Positions 39,102 through 48,722 of a DNA stretch of 62,336 nucleotides are shown here, piece after piece. Under the pieces are notes generated by a model. The model saw only the letters and a list, made by a program, of their open reading frames with translations, was not told where the DNA came from and made no database searches. Source of the stretch: a virus (lineage: Duplodnaviria; Caudoviricetes); IMG/VR virus record IMGVR_UViG_3300045972_000062, positions 1-62,336 of that record; one strand, written 5' to 3'. Made by a program: the position numbers and the translations under genes. Every line of letters begins with the position of its first letter. Positions within the stretch are counted from its first letter, which is position 1.

Positions 39102-40994
39102 TTAAAAGTCTATTTCTACTCGTTGAGTTAATGGTTCTATTGTTTCAAATGTTAATTCCGGTTGAGCCTTGCTTAGAAGTTTAAATTTTCCTAGAGGAAA
39201 AACTTTATCTCCGGAAGGTAATATTTCGTAATATCGTTGACTCTTCCTGTTAAACATTATACAAGGTGGAGAATTAGGGTCTGTTCTTATTCCTGAAAGC
39301 TTTTGATTCTTTACTTTCTGAACATGAACTTCTACCATTGTATTGTCAGGATCATCGCTATTACATATGTGAATACATATAGCAATGAATACTTTATTCC
39401 AAAACATAGAGCCTCCAGATAGATCAGAAACTTTAGGAGCTGACATTAGTTGTTTTTGATCTTTAGCTGTACGAGGGTGGGCGTTAATCCAAACGATAAT
39501 GTTGTAAGTAGTTCCTAGTTTTACGTAGGCTGACAGCTCTTTATTAAGCCGTTCATCTTCTCGACCGCCTTCGCCTAATCCCTGATCTTTAGTAATAGCA
39601 TTGTAAGGATCAATAATAAGACCGGCAATACCTAACTTTTGAACCATAGTCTTTGCTAGTGCTCTTAACTCTTCATGACTCCAGTCTTCTTCTCTGTTGT
39701 CAATAAAGAATATATGATCCTGAATAAAAGCTAAAGCTTCTTCTGCTTCTGAGAACATCATTCTATTAGGATTATCTTTGTCTGAGGTGTTACCTACTAG
39801 CATTTCTACACATGTTCCTAAAATTGTAGTTATAGGATAGTTCTCCGGAGAGTATATAGCCCATTTCCAACCATAAGTTAAAGACATATATAAGGCTATT
39901 TGTAGCGTAAAAGCTGTCTTACCATTATTTGGGAAACCGTTCAGAACCACAAGTTCGCCTAGTCGCAAATTTAAATGGTTCTTTAGCTTCTCAAATCCAA
40001 CCGGCATACCTTTTGATTGTCCATGAAAAAACTCATGCTTATATTGGGAGTAAACGTCCATTGCAAATACTACTCCATCAACCGGATATTGTTCTGCTTC
40101 ATCTAAGGTTCTAGCTAAAGCTTCTTTGCCAAAGTGTATAAGCATTTCGTTTGCATCTTTACAAGACTTCTCTACTCCTTCGGCATCTTTGTATTTGTAC
40201 TTATGGAATTTAATCTTATAACACCTTTCTTTGCCTAGTCTCCTTACAAGCTCCTCTTGAAGCTTATATCCGGCAACGTCAGAATCGGTGGCAATGTAAA
40301 TCTTCTCCATCTTATCAAAAGACTCAAAGCATTCTGTAAGGTATTCTAGGTTCTGCTGATTCTCTGAAATTAATGATCCGGTCTTTATGAAATGCTCTTT
40401 TTCTGCAATGCTAACATTTGCTCCTGTTGGGACAGATACGCAGTTTTTAATGCCGGCTTCCCAAAATGCAAGTTTATCAAACTCTCCCTCTACCCATACG
40501 CATTCTTTATGTCCTTTAATGTCATCAAATCCGTAAGGAATAGGTTTAGTATCTACAGCTTTCTTGATAGCGAAGTTCTTATGGTTATCTCTAAGTTTTA
40601 CCATTCTTAATACTCCATGCCAAAAATATCTAAAGATTATAACATTAGTTGTGCTGCCTATCCCAGATTGTCTATTATGAATAAATTCTCTGCCGTGCCC
40701 TACTTTGCAATCTAGTAAAGTTTGCAAGCTAAACCCTCTACTTGACATGTAAGCCATTAGAGGTGCTGGAAAATCTTCTGAGACTTCTATTTTTAAAGGA
40801 ACGAAAGTTGCTTTCCTTACGTATATAGACTCCGAGCAATGCTTACATATTCCTACCTGTTTCTCTACGTTCCAAGACAATGTCTTTGCGTTTGATTTCT
40901 TCCTAGAATCGGAACATTCAGGGCATCTTATTGAGATATTTCCAGTAGCTCCTCTAGGGATACTTAACGATTCTAAGTTTATTGCTTTGCTCAT
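39102..40994 (-). CDS. primase-helicase (T7 gp4/Twinkle-like)
   Basis: Zn finger CPEC..CKHC, TOPRIM VEGEFD and ATDSD, Walker A GFPNNGKT, IIDP. Confidence 0.93.
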   Translation of the reverse strand: MSKAINLESLSIPRGATGNISIRCPECSDSRKKSNAKTLSWNVEKQVGICKHCSESIYVRKATFVPLKIEVSEDFPAPLMAYMSSRGFSLQTLLDCKVGHGREFIHNRQSGIGSTTNVIIFRYFWHGVLRMVKLRDNHKNFAIKKAVDTKPIPYGFDDIKGHKECVWVEGEFDKLAFWEAGIKNCVSVPTGANVSIAEKEHFIKTGSLISENQQNLEYLTECFESFDKMEKIYIATDSDVAGYKLQEELVRRLGKERCYKIKFHKYKYKDAEGVEKSCKDANEMLIHFGKEALARTLDEAEQYPVDGVVFAMDVYSQYKHEFFHGQSKGMPVGFEKLKNHLNLRLGELVVLNGFPNNGKTAFTLQIALYMSLTYGWKWAIYSPENYPITTILGTCVEMLVGNTSDKDNPNRMMFSEAEEALAFIQDHIFFIDNREEDWSHEELRALAKTMVQKLGIAGLIIDPYNAITKDQGLGEGGREDERLNKELSAYVKLGTTYNIIVWINAHPRTAKDQKQLMSAPKVSDLSGGSMFWNKVFIAICIHICNSDDPDNTMVEVHVQKVKNQKLSGIRTDPNSPPCIMFNRKSQRYYEILPSGDKVFPLGKFKLLSKAQPELTFETIEPLTQRVEIDF

Positions 40995-41098
40995 AATTTT
41001 AAGTTAAATTAAAGTGCGTGACTAACTGTTGAAGATTGAAGTATTAATAAAATCAATAAAAAAAGACTAGCGTAATTATAAATGCACGCACTTGTAGA

Positions 41099-41350
41099 TT
41101 ATTGTTGTTTCCCTTGTTTTATAATTTCATCGGCTATTTCGTAACATACTGTTACTTTTGGTTCCACATTAGCCCATTCTCTATTAGACATACATCCTGC
41201 CATTAATCTTACTGCAATTTCCTGCCTTTCTATTGAATGTAATTCATTTTGCATTAAGTCTAATACATCTTCTTGCAAATCGAAAATATTTTTATCTTTA
41301 GATTCATCTTGATTATATTTTTCAAATAAATCTCTAACTTTATCATACAT
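41099..41350 (-). CDS. hypothetical protein
   Basis: ORF in operon orientation. Confidence 0.6.
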   Translation of the reverse strand: MYDKVRDLFEKYNQDESKDKNIFDLQEDVLDLMQNELHSIERQEIAVRLMAGCMSNREWANVEPKVTVCYEIADEIIKQGKQQ

Positions 41351-41364
41351 AATTTCATCAAGTT

Positions 41365-41814
41365 TTAGTCGTTAAATAAATCTGTAATTGATTTTGCCGG
41401 AGTATTTGTTACCGGTGTTATAGTTTTACCTTGCTTTCTTAACTCAGCGTTAGCTTGATCCTTCCAATCTTCCTCCCAACGTTTAGTTGTAGTATTTAGA
41501 AAGACTGAAGCCCCCATAACCATACGGTCAAATGAGCATACGGCAAGATAAGAGAAGTAGTCATTTTTGGCTATAATAAGAGTAGTAACGTCAACTTCTT
41601 TTAAAGCTTTGTTGAATTTATTCTTAGCATCTGACTTGCTTCCTGTCCATTTCTTACCGTATATAGGTGACCAGAATCGTTCAAAATCTTCATCCGTACT
41701 TGCCGGAGTTAATGTTTTAAGATAATCATCGGCAATGCTTTTGTGCATATTAATGCTAAGCTTATCATCTCTTAACCATTCAAGGAATTTTACTATTTCT
41801 TCTTTAGTTATCAT
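41365..41814 (-). CDS. phage replication-initiator-like protein (C-terminal type domain)
   Basis: FERFW..Y..K..SK..A...F pattern; lies between helicase and primase. Confidence 0.6.
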   Translation of the reverse strand: MITKEEIVKFLEWLRDDKLSINMHKSIADDYLKTLTPASTDEDFERFWSPIYGKKWTGSKSDAKNKFNKALKEVDVTTLIIAKNDYFSYLAVCSFDRMVMGASVFLNTTTKRWEEDWKDQANAELRKQGKTITPVTNTPAKSITDLFND

Positions 41815-41815
41815 A

Positions 41816-43288
41816 TTATATAATTTTAGATTTTTCATATTTATTTTTAGCTTCTTGATATTGTCCTAAAGTTGCTCCTAAAGATACATCGTACTTCCAT
41901 GAAGCTAACTTATTTAGGTGCCAGTCACTTGCCGGACATTGGCTGATGTACTGATTAGCCATAGCTTTAGTGTACTCATTATTTTCATCATAAACTCCTA
42001 ATTTTTTCATGAAGTCTATTTGAGATTCTGTAGCCGGATCTTGCATCTTATAACTATTAGATACTTTTACTTCCGGCAATTTAAATAAGTTTACTCTTAC
42101 ATCTGTTTTGTGTGCTGTTTGTAAATAAACTTTTCTTGCTTCTGCTATCTTATCTGACTGCTCCTTTCTTTTTTTATCGGTAATAAATACTCTTTCTTCA
42201 ATAGGTTTACTACTATCTAACGACCAAGTATTGACTAATGTATGTTTTGAGAATAGATCCACGAAGTCAAGAACACAACCAATTTGTCCATGCTTAGCTA
42301 CATATTCAGCATCTTTAAGCCGGTCGCAACGTCCAATTTGTTGTAAGTATAAAGCTAATGACTGAGTCGGTCTAGCCATCATAAGAATGCCTATGTTATT
42401 ATAGTCGAACCCAGTAGATAAGATATTGATATTAACTAGAACATCTAATTCTCTACGTTTAAAACTTGCAACAACTTCTTGTTTATCTTCAGTAACATCT
42501 TTATTACTTACAACTATTGCCGATCTTATTCCTTGAGCTAAAAATGCTTCATTTAGATGTATAGCGTGCTGTGTTTCGCACGCAAAAGCCAAACCTTGCC
42601 TTCCTAGTCCATATTTAACATAAGAGTCTACAACGAGCTTATTTCGTTCAGGAGTATCAACGGCATTTGCCAGTTCATCAATTTTAAAATCTCCCATAGC
42701 TTTATGAGTCGAATCTAAGCTAACATGAGTCTTAATTCGGATAGCGTCAATTTGTGCTAAGTATCCTTCTTTTATAGCTTGTTCCATGCTATACTCGAAT
42801 ACTATTTTATCATACAAATTATCCATCCCTAAGCCGTCTGCCCTACAAGCGGTGGCAGTTAATCCGATAAGAAGCTTTGGAGTGAAAAATTTTACAGCTT
42901 TCATCCATGTCTTTGCCATGAATAAATGCGTTTCATCGATAACTACAAGGTCGAACTCTTCAGAATCGAATTGCTCTACCCTTCTAATTAATGTTTGAAT
43001 TGAAGCTACGACAATTTTTGTTGTCATTTCATTTCGTGCAGCTTTAACAATGCCGACTTGCATCGGGTGGAATTTCTCGAAATCCTCAACCGCTTGCATG
43101 AGTAAATTCTCTTCATGTACTATGAACAATGTACGTTTAAACTTTGTAGATAGATGAACTCCCATGAAACGTTTACCTGTTCCTTGTGCCGAAACTATTA
43201 ACCCAGCCTTACCTCCAGATTGGTAGTATTCTTTTACTTTATCGAAGCAGTCTTGCTGGTAAGGTCTAGGTTTCAATAGTGTTGTCAT
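41816..43288 (-). CDS. SF2 DExH helicase (ResIII/Irc3-like)
   Basis: RPYQ, GTGK, DETH, GLTAT, LSTGFD, QQIGR. Confidence 0.92.
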   Translation of the reverse strand: MTTLLKPRPYQQDCFDKVKEYYQSGGKAGLIVSAQGTGKRFMGVHLSTKFKRTLFIVHEENLLMQAVEDFEKFHPMQVGIVKAARNEMTTKIVVASIQTLIRRVEQFDSEEFDLVVIDETHLFMAKTWMKAVKFFTPKLLIGLTATACRADGLGMDNLYDKIVFEYSMEQAIKEGYLAQIDAIRIKTHVSLDSTHKAMGDFKIDELANAVDTPERNKLVVDSYVKYGLGRQGLAFACETQHAIHLNEAFLAQGIRSAIVVSNKDVTEDKQEVVASFKRRELDVLVNINILSTGFDYNNIGILMMARPTQSLALYLQQIGRCDRLKDAEYVAKHGQIGCVLDFVDLFSKHTLVNTWSLDSSKPIEERVFITDKKRKEQSDKIAEARKVYLQTAHKTDVRVNLFKLPEVKVSNSYKMQDPATESQIDFMKKLGVYDENNEYTKAMANQYISQCPASDWHLNKLASWKYDVSLGATLGQYQEAKNKYEKSKII

Positions 43289-43289
43289 A

Positions 43290-43505
43290 TTATTTGTCTT
43301 TGTTTTGTTCATCCAAAATTTCAAGGAATGGTATTTTCTCTTTTATTCCTAACAATTGATTATACTCTAATTCTACCTTTATGGAGTTAATTATTTTACC
43401 AGCGGTATTAGCAAGCTCTTTGCCTACACCTAACGACATTTTGCCAGCTTTCATTTTTGTGTAATTATCAGCTAGGCTCTCTCTTAATCCTGTAATGTTT
43501 TGCAT
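43290..43505 (-). CDS. small helical conserved phage protein
   Basis: ANTAGKII.S.KVE.EY. Confidence 0.7.
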   Translation of the reverse strand: MQNITGLRESLADNYTKMKAGKMSLGVGKELANTAGKIINSIKVELEYNQLLGIKEKIPFLEILDEQNKDK

Positions 43506-43885
43506 AATCTTTTAGTTTTTAATAATAATCTTTGTACTTCTAATATATTAGGGTCTATTTGTTCTTTCGTAAACCCCTTATTTCTTAACTTATCTTTAAC
43601 ATAATAGTCTGACAGATCTTCTATACCTTTTCTATTACTTTTATTACGAATAACTCTAGTCTGTTCTAGGTTGTTTTTATTCCAAATACTTCCAGTTTTA
43701 CAACGGTGAGTTTTACGATATTCTATCGCCTTTAAATTAGCACGTTGAAATTTGACATTATATTTAGATTTGCAATTTTTGCAAGATCCTAACTTACCAT
43801 CTTTATTTGTTTTTGAATTATAAAAATCATCAATATGCTTTTCTTTATTACAAGTGTAACATATTTTTGTAATTAAACTTTTCAT
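43484..43885 (-). CDS. Zn-finger protein (HNH-associated type)
   Basis: CxxC..K...F...K..KDG...CKxC; LSDYYV. Confidence 0.7.
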   Translation of the reverse strand: MKSLITKICYTCNKEKHIDDFYNSKTNKDGKLGSCKNCKSKYNVKFQRANLKAIEYRKTHRCKTGSIWNKNNLEQTRVIRNKSNRKGIEDLSDYYVKDKLRNKGFTKEQIDPNILEVQRLLLKTKRLCKTLQD

Positions 43886-44034
43886 CTTTTTTTAGGTTTG
43901 TTTAATAACTTTAAAGCTTCTTGCTTTGTGTAATAAGAGCCTTCATTGTACAAGTTGGCTTTTATTAACAATTGTATCTGACCAGGCGTAGCAGGCTCTT
44001 GTAATGCCTTAATTCTATCTTCTTTGCTATCCAT
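43882..44034 (-). CDS. 50-aa protein resembling the helicase C-terminal module
   Basis: Not in ORF track: MDSKEDRIKALQEPATPGQIQLLIKANLYNEGSYYTKQEALKLLNKPKKR. Confidence 0.7.
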   Translation of the reverse strand: MDSKEDRIKALQEPATPGQIQLLIKANLYNEGSYYTKQEALKLLNKPKKR

Positions 44035-44035
44035 A

Positions 44036-44281
44036 TTACAGGTTTTTAAATACTTCTGTTAGCAACTCGTCTTTTGAAGCGTAGCACTTATTTTCGGCAC
44101 AATCTTGATAAGCTCCGAAATGATAGAGATAGAACACCTTGTCCGGCTCTAAGTCTAATGAATGAGCAAGAGTATTAATCTTGCCAATCATGCTTGTTAT
44201 GCCGACAATTACTTTTTTTTGGGGAGTACTGCCTTCCATATAAAAAACAGTATCTCCGATATTGAATTTAGATTCTTTCAT
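44036..44281 (-). CDS. small SH3-like hypothetical protein
   Basis: KFNIGDTVF...YASKDEL. Confidence 0.7.
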   Translation of the reverse strand: MKESKFNIGDTVFYMEGSTPQKKVIVGITSMIGKINTLAHSLDLEPDKVFYLYHFGAYQDCAENKCYASKDELLTEVFKNL

Positions 44282-44301
44282 TTTATTTATTTTTAAATTG
44301 T

Positions 44302-45585
44302 TTACGATTCAAATATTGGTTGATTAAATTCTTCTTTGAGGTTCAGTAATCCTACGTCTCCGTGCCTTATTTCGATTTTTTTATTATTAAAAGTCCATGC
44401 TTTTGCTTCCCAACAATTATTATGCTTAGGAACGCACAGGTAGTATTCTCTTAACGTAGAAGGGTCTACTACGTTTAGGAAGTAAATATAATCGTCAATT
44501 AATGAATCTTTCTCTTTAGTCCTGTAAAGCTTGATAGGGTAGTTAAATTGATCTACATCTTCATCTATAACTTCAACATCTAATAGTTTTATTAGATTTT
44601 CGTTACCTAAAATTTCTTTTAAACAACGTCTTTTTTCCGCATTTTTTTCATTAATGAACAGTTCTTTATTAATTAGTTCTGGATTTAAAATCCATGATTT
44701 AGAAACTTCTATTCCATGCCAGAAGTAAATTTCAAAACCATCTTTGAAATGAATAGCTGAATTATTTCCACAATGCAACCTACCTTGCTCGTCTCTTTCT
44801 ATTCTGTCAGGCAGTGAACTTACGATACAGAATCCTTCAAGTTGAATCATATCATAAATGCCAGATAGTAATAAGTTTTTTAATTTATTAAATCCTTCAT
44901 TATTTACAATTCCTATTTGTGTGAAAAAATCATAAAAAGAAACCCATCCATAGTCCGAAACATTTCCATAGTAAGAGAAAGATTCATAATCCCTAACTGA
45001 ATCCCTAACTGAATCCCTAACGGAATCCCAAACGGAATCCCTAACGGAATCCCAAACGGAATCCCTAACGGAATCCCAAACGGAAGCCCTAACTGAATCC
45101 CTAACTGAATCCCTAACTGAATCCCTAACTGAATCCCTAACTGAATCCCTAACGGAAGCCCTAACTGAATCCCTAACTGAATCCCTAACGGAATCCCTAA
45201 CTGAATCCCAAACGGAATCCCAAACGGAATCCCAAACGGAATCCCTAACGGAATCCCAAACGGAATCCCAAACGGAATCCCAAACTGAATCCCTAACGGA
45301 ATCCCAAACGAAAGCCCTAACGGAATCCCTAACGGAATCTGTTTCTTTATTTATTTTTTTCAAAAATTCTTTCAAGTACATATTGGCAATTTGGCAACTC
45401 ATAGGGCTGTCAACGTATATAACTTGAGGTTGTTTTAGTTTTGCTAAATCGTAAATAAAATCAATTCCAATTTTAGATTGTTCTTTATTTATGTCATTTT
45501 TGCAACTAAAAATATAATCAAGCCAAAAGTTCTTAACTTCTGTCATTTTAACCTCTTGTTCCGGTGTTAATTTTTCTAATTTCAT
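44302..45585 (-). CDS. DUF6745-like protein with an internal DSV(R/W) repeat
   Basis: DSP, GRLH...AI.F.DG...YFWHG, NAExRR, VVDPST.REY.L.VP. Confidence 0.8.
   Translation of the reverse strand: MKLEKLTPEQEVKMTEVKNFWLDYIFSCKNDINKEQSKIGIDFIYDLAKLKQPQVIYVDSPMSCQIANMYLKEFLKKINKETDSVRDSVRAFVWDSVRDSVWDSVWDSVWDSVRDSVWDSVWDSVWDSVRDSVRDSVRDSVRASVRDSVRDSVRDSVRDSVRDSVRASVWDSVRDSVWDSVRDSVWDSVRDSVRDSVRDYESFSYYGNVSDYGWVSFYDFFTQIGIVNNEGFNKLKNLLLSGIYDMIQLEGFCIVSSLPDRIERDEQGRLHCGNNSAIHFKDGFEIYFWHGIEVSKSWILNPELINKELFINEKNAEKRRCLKEILGNENLIKLLDVEVIDEDVDQFNYPIKLYRTKEKDSLIDDYIYFLNVVDPSTLREYYLCVPKHNNCWEAKAWTFNNKKIEIRHGDVGLLNLKEEFNQPIFES
44989..45339. repeat. 12-bp tandem repeat (about 29 units) encoding DSVR/DSVW
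   Basis: GAATCCC(T/A)AAC(T/G) units. Confidence 0.95.
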
Positions 45586-45588
45586 AAT

Positions 45589-45885
45589 TTAGTCTTTAAC
45601 TTGTTGGATTAACTTTGAATAAGGGTCATACTCTACTTGCTGAACAAATTCATATATTGAATTGTCTTTTAGAGAAATATCTTTATGCTCTTTAGTCCAC
45701 ACTTCAAAGCCTTGTTCAACGAAATTAGATTCTAATAAATGCTTGATTGCACATCCTGTTTTAGTTTTAATGATAGTTTTATTATCAATTAATTCTACTG
45801 TACATTCTCCTGTTACAATATGAGAATGCCCTGATACTTCTCCTCTAGCTACAATACGCTTCATGCGTTCTTCTTTAGTTTTCAT
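45589..45885 (-). CDS. His-motif beta protein, neighbour of the DUF6745-like gene
   Basis: ARGEVSGHSH...H...EH...QVEYDP....V.D. Confidence 0.75.
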   Translation of the reverse strand: MKTKEERMKRIVARGEVSGHSHIVTGECTVELIDNKTIIKTKTGCAIKHLLESNFVEQGFEVWTKEHKDISLKDNSIYEFVQQVEYDPYSKLIQQVKD

Positions 45886-45921
45886 GTTATTTAGTTTTAA
45901 ATTGTTATTTGTTTAAGGAAT

Positions 45922-45949
45922 TGTAAAGTTATTAAAAAAAACAACAACA
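45922..45949 (-). promoter_or_regulatory. repeated 28-bp phage promoter, copy 3
   Basis: 24/28 identical to copy 1. Confidence 0.7.
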
Positions 45950-45957
45950 ATGATAAT

Positions 45958-46398
45958 TTATTTTACTTTTTTTATCTCTCTCATTGTCCAATTGTTTCTT
46001 TGCTTAATTAAAGTAAGCTTATATTTCGGGTCGTTAGCTAACATAGCACATAAGATTTTCCATCTTAATTTCCATACATCCGTGGCGTGCCCTTTAGTCT
46101 CCTCGAGTTCTATTGTCCCATCTAGGTTATGTACTTCAAAGTCTATCTTATATGTTCCTACTTCGTAGCCGTTTACTATAAGCTTGTATGGTACTTGAGT
46201 TTTGTAGTCCAGTATTTGTTTTGCTAGGACTTTTAGTTTTAGAGTTTTATCCCTATCTGCTTCAAACTTGCTATCAAACTTTTCTTCCCCTACTGTTATC
46301 TTAGAAGAGTTCGACCATCTTTTACCTACTGCTTTTTTTTCTTTCAATTCAGCATATTTTTTTGCCGGAAAGCTTTCTGTTTTATTTTTACAAGCCAT
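45958..46398 (-). CDS. DUF1064 PD-(D/E)XK nuclease
   Basis: FDSKFEA, YKIDF, EETKG. Confidence 0.85.
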   Translation of the reverse strand: MACKNKTESFPAKKYAELKEKKAVGKRWSNSSKITVGEEKFDSKFEADRDKTLKLKVLAKQILDYKTQVPYKLIVNGYEVGTYKIDFEVHNLDGTIELEETKGHATDVWKLRWKILCAMLANDPKYKLTLIKQRNNWTMREIKKVK

Positions 46399-46627
46399 CG
46401 ATAATAGATATTAATTCATTTTTACTATGGTCTTTAAGAAGTCCTTTAATAATGTCACTAGTACCCCCGTAGTTTATGTACTTTTCTGGATTAATAAGTT
46501 CCATAAACTCCTCATAATTTGTGCCGTCAACAATTTCATGAGCTTTTGCTCCTTCAATTTCAACTATTATTGATCCAGTTCTATTAGGTCTGACCTCAAC
46601 TGTATCTACTACTAATACTAAGTTCAT
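46388..46627 (-). CDS. hypothetical protein
   Basis: ORF in operon orientation. Confidence 0.6.
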   Translation of the reverse strand: MNLVLVVDTVEVRPNRTGSIIVEIEGAKAHEIVDGTNYEEFMELINPEKYINYGGTSDIIKGLLKDHSKNELISIIDGL

Positions 46628-46629
46628 AT

Positions 46630-47166
46630 TTAATCCTCCTCTTTAATTATTTCGTAGAAATCCTCTACGTAGTCTTTATTGTACCTATCCTCTTGCTCGA
46701 ATTCATCCATAAGCAAGTCTGCGTCTGTTTCATTATTCCTTGTCGCTATAACCTCTCCAGTTTCACGGCAAGCTATTTTATAAATTGATATTGTTTTTAA
46801 AATTTCTACAAAACTTTCCGGAAAATGAATATTTTCTACATTTTTTGCTCTTGAAAATAAAGGAGCTATTTCTTTGGGAGTATATCCTGCGATACCACAA
46901 CCTATATCAGTAACAAGAAATGTTAAATCTTTATTTTCACTAGCAAATGTTATAAATCTATTAACACATCTACTCATATATGAGTATCCATCCATTGTAG
47001 GTATTGCAAAGCATTTACCTTGCAATCCAAAACCTTGTCCCCATATAGCTCCCCAAAGCATCGCTTGTTTTGCTGCTCCTGAAAGATGATTTCCTTTCTT
47101 ATTTGAACCAAAAACAAATACTTCATTGTCTTTTAGCTCTGTTATATTTTTAGGGCTAGTCTTCAT
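46630..47166 (-). CDS. macrodomain-like protein (A1S_2505 family)
   Basis: VFVFGSN..G.H..GAA, FAIPT, VTxIGCGIAG. Confidence 0.85.
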   Translation of the reverse strand: MKTSPKNITELKDNEVFVFGSNKKGNHLSGAAKQAMLWGAIWGQGFGLQGKCFAIPTMDGYSYMSRCVNRFITFASENKDLTFLVTDIGCGIAGYTPKEIAPLFSRAKNVENIHFPESFVEILKTISIYKIACRETGEVIATRNNETDADLLMDEFEQEDRYNKDYVEDFYEIIKEED

Positions 47167-48265
47167 CTTTATATTCCTCAAATTTCCCGTTAATTAATAT
47201 ATACTCCGTATTTTCTTTTATTTCAATGCCGTCTACTTTAGCTAATTTAGCGTCAATAATTTCGTAGTTTTCATTTTGTTCAGACAAGCAAATCCAAGAG
47301 CCTAATATTCCTTTTGCTCTATTACTAAATCCCCAACCTAAAGAAATTCCATTATTTCCAGAATTAGAAGCTACACTATTATTTCCAGAATTAGAAGCTA
47401 CACTATTATTTCCAGAATTAGAAGCTACACTATTATATCCCGAATTAGAAGCTACACTATTATATCCCGAATCAGAAGCTACACTATTATTTCCAGAATT
47501 AGAAGCTACACTATTATTTCCAGAATTAGAAGCTACACTTTTATTTCCAGAATTAGAAGCTACACTTTTATATCCCGAATTAGAAGCTACACTATTATCT
47601 CCAGAATTAGAAGCTACACTATTATATCCCGAATCAGAAGCTACACTATTATTTCCAGAATTAGAAGCTACACTTTTATTTCCAGAATTAGAAGCTACAC
47701 TATTATATCCCGAATCAGAAGCTACACTATTATTTCCAGAATTAGAAGCTACACTATTATCTCCAGAATTAGAAGCTACACTATTATTTCCAGAATTAGA
47801 AGCTACACTATTATCTCCAGAATTAGAAGCTACACTATTATATCCCGAATTAGAAGCTACACTATTATCTCCAGAATCGTGATTTGTGTTATTATTAATT
47901 TCGGCTTTTTTCTCAATATATTCTTTAGCAATTCTAATTAATGTATTAAAGTCTACTTCTGTAACTATTTTAATTATAGATGAAGATATTTTAGAATCGT
48001 CAGATCCTTTGTCAATTTCTCCACTACATTCACAAATAGCAAAAATAGAAGTTGTAGCATCGTAGTAGTTTAGAATATCAAGAGGATTTTCGCAAGAATG
48101 AAAGCCAAATTCAGTACATCGTACAGCTTTATCGGTTGTGTAAGTTTCGCCTACTTTGTACTGAAAATCTCTACACGTCCAATCTTTGTTAAAACCCTTG
48201 TAGGTTATTAATTTAGGAGTTTCCTTAACTTTTTTAAGTCTGCCAACTTTTTTTTTAGTTTCCAT
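47156..48265 (-). CDS. DUF7666-like protein with a 9-aa SNSGxxSVA repeat
   Basis: YKGF..D..CR.FQY..G, GFHSCENPLD..YY; C-terminal VDG.EIK. Confidence 0.82.
   Translation of the reverse strand: METKKKVGRLKKVKETPKLITYKGFNKDWTCRDFQYKVGETYTTDKAVRCTEFGFHSCENPLDILNYYDATTSIFAICECSGEIDKGSDDSKISSSIIKIVTEVDFNTLIRIAKEYIEKKAEINNNTNHDSGDNSVASNSGYNSVASNSGDNSVASNSGNNSVASNSGDNSVASNSGNNSVASDSGYNSVASNSGNKSVASNSGNNSVASDSGYNSVASNSGDNSVASNSGYKSVASNSGNKSVASNSGNNSVASNSGNNSVASDSGYNSVASNSGYNSVASNSGNNSVASNSGNNSVASNSGNNGISLGWGFSNRAKGILGSWICLSEQNENYEIIDAKLAKVDGIEIKENTEYILINGKFEEYKDED
47351..47880. repeat. 27-bp tandem repeat, about 19-20 units
   Basis: CCAGAATTAGAAGCTACACTATTATTT units. Confidence 0.95.
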
Positions 48266-48270
48266 ATCTT

Positions 48271-48717
48271 TTATTTTTTAAATTGTTTATTATTTTCTCT
48301 GTTAAATATTTTCGGAAATTCAATTTTCATACGTTCTTTAAATTCCTCATACCAATCTACGCCTTGCAACTGCTCAATTGAAGCACTATGATAGGCATGG
48401 TGGCACTCTGAATGTACAGGCTTTAGATTATCTTCATCAGTTAATAAAGTCTCTGTACGCCCTAATGCGTGGTGTAGTTCGGGAAGTTCATGAAATTTAC
48501 TACCACAAAACCAACACTTAACCTTATCGTAATTCATGTCTTCTAACATTTGATGCCTAAGTTTTGAATATTGCACTTCTTGACCTTTTCTTTTATCTGA
48601 ACGGGGGGCAATCTTATCTTTACCTTTTGACTTATAATAAATCCCTCGATGTTCATAACAATAACCATGAGTGAATAATTTGCTTTCGTTACAATTTTCA
48701 GCTAAACATTTTTTCAT
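48271..48717 (-). CDS. HNH-like endonuclease
   Basis: CWFCG..ELHH...N...H.ECH..H. Confidence 0.7.
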   Translation of the reverse strand: MKKCLAENCNESKLFTHGYCYEHRGIYYKSKGKDKIAPRSDKRKGQEVQYSKLRHQMLEDMNYDKVKCWFCGSKFHELPELHHALGRTETLLTDEDNLKPVHSECHHAYHSASIEQLQGVDWYEEFKERMKIEFPKIFNRENNKQFKK

Positions 48718-48722
48718 AATAT

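Noticed and set aside
44989-47880. Possible CRISPR arrays or DGR template/variable repeats
   Set aside because: The repeats are head-to-tail with no unique spacers, in frame within genes, and no cas or reverse transcriptase gene is present.
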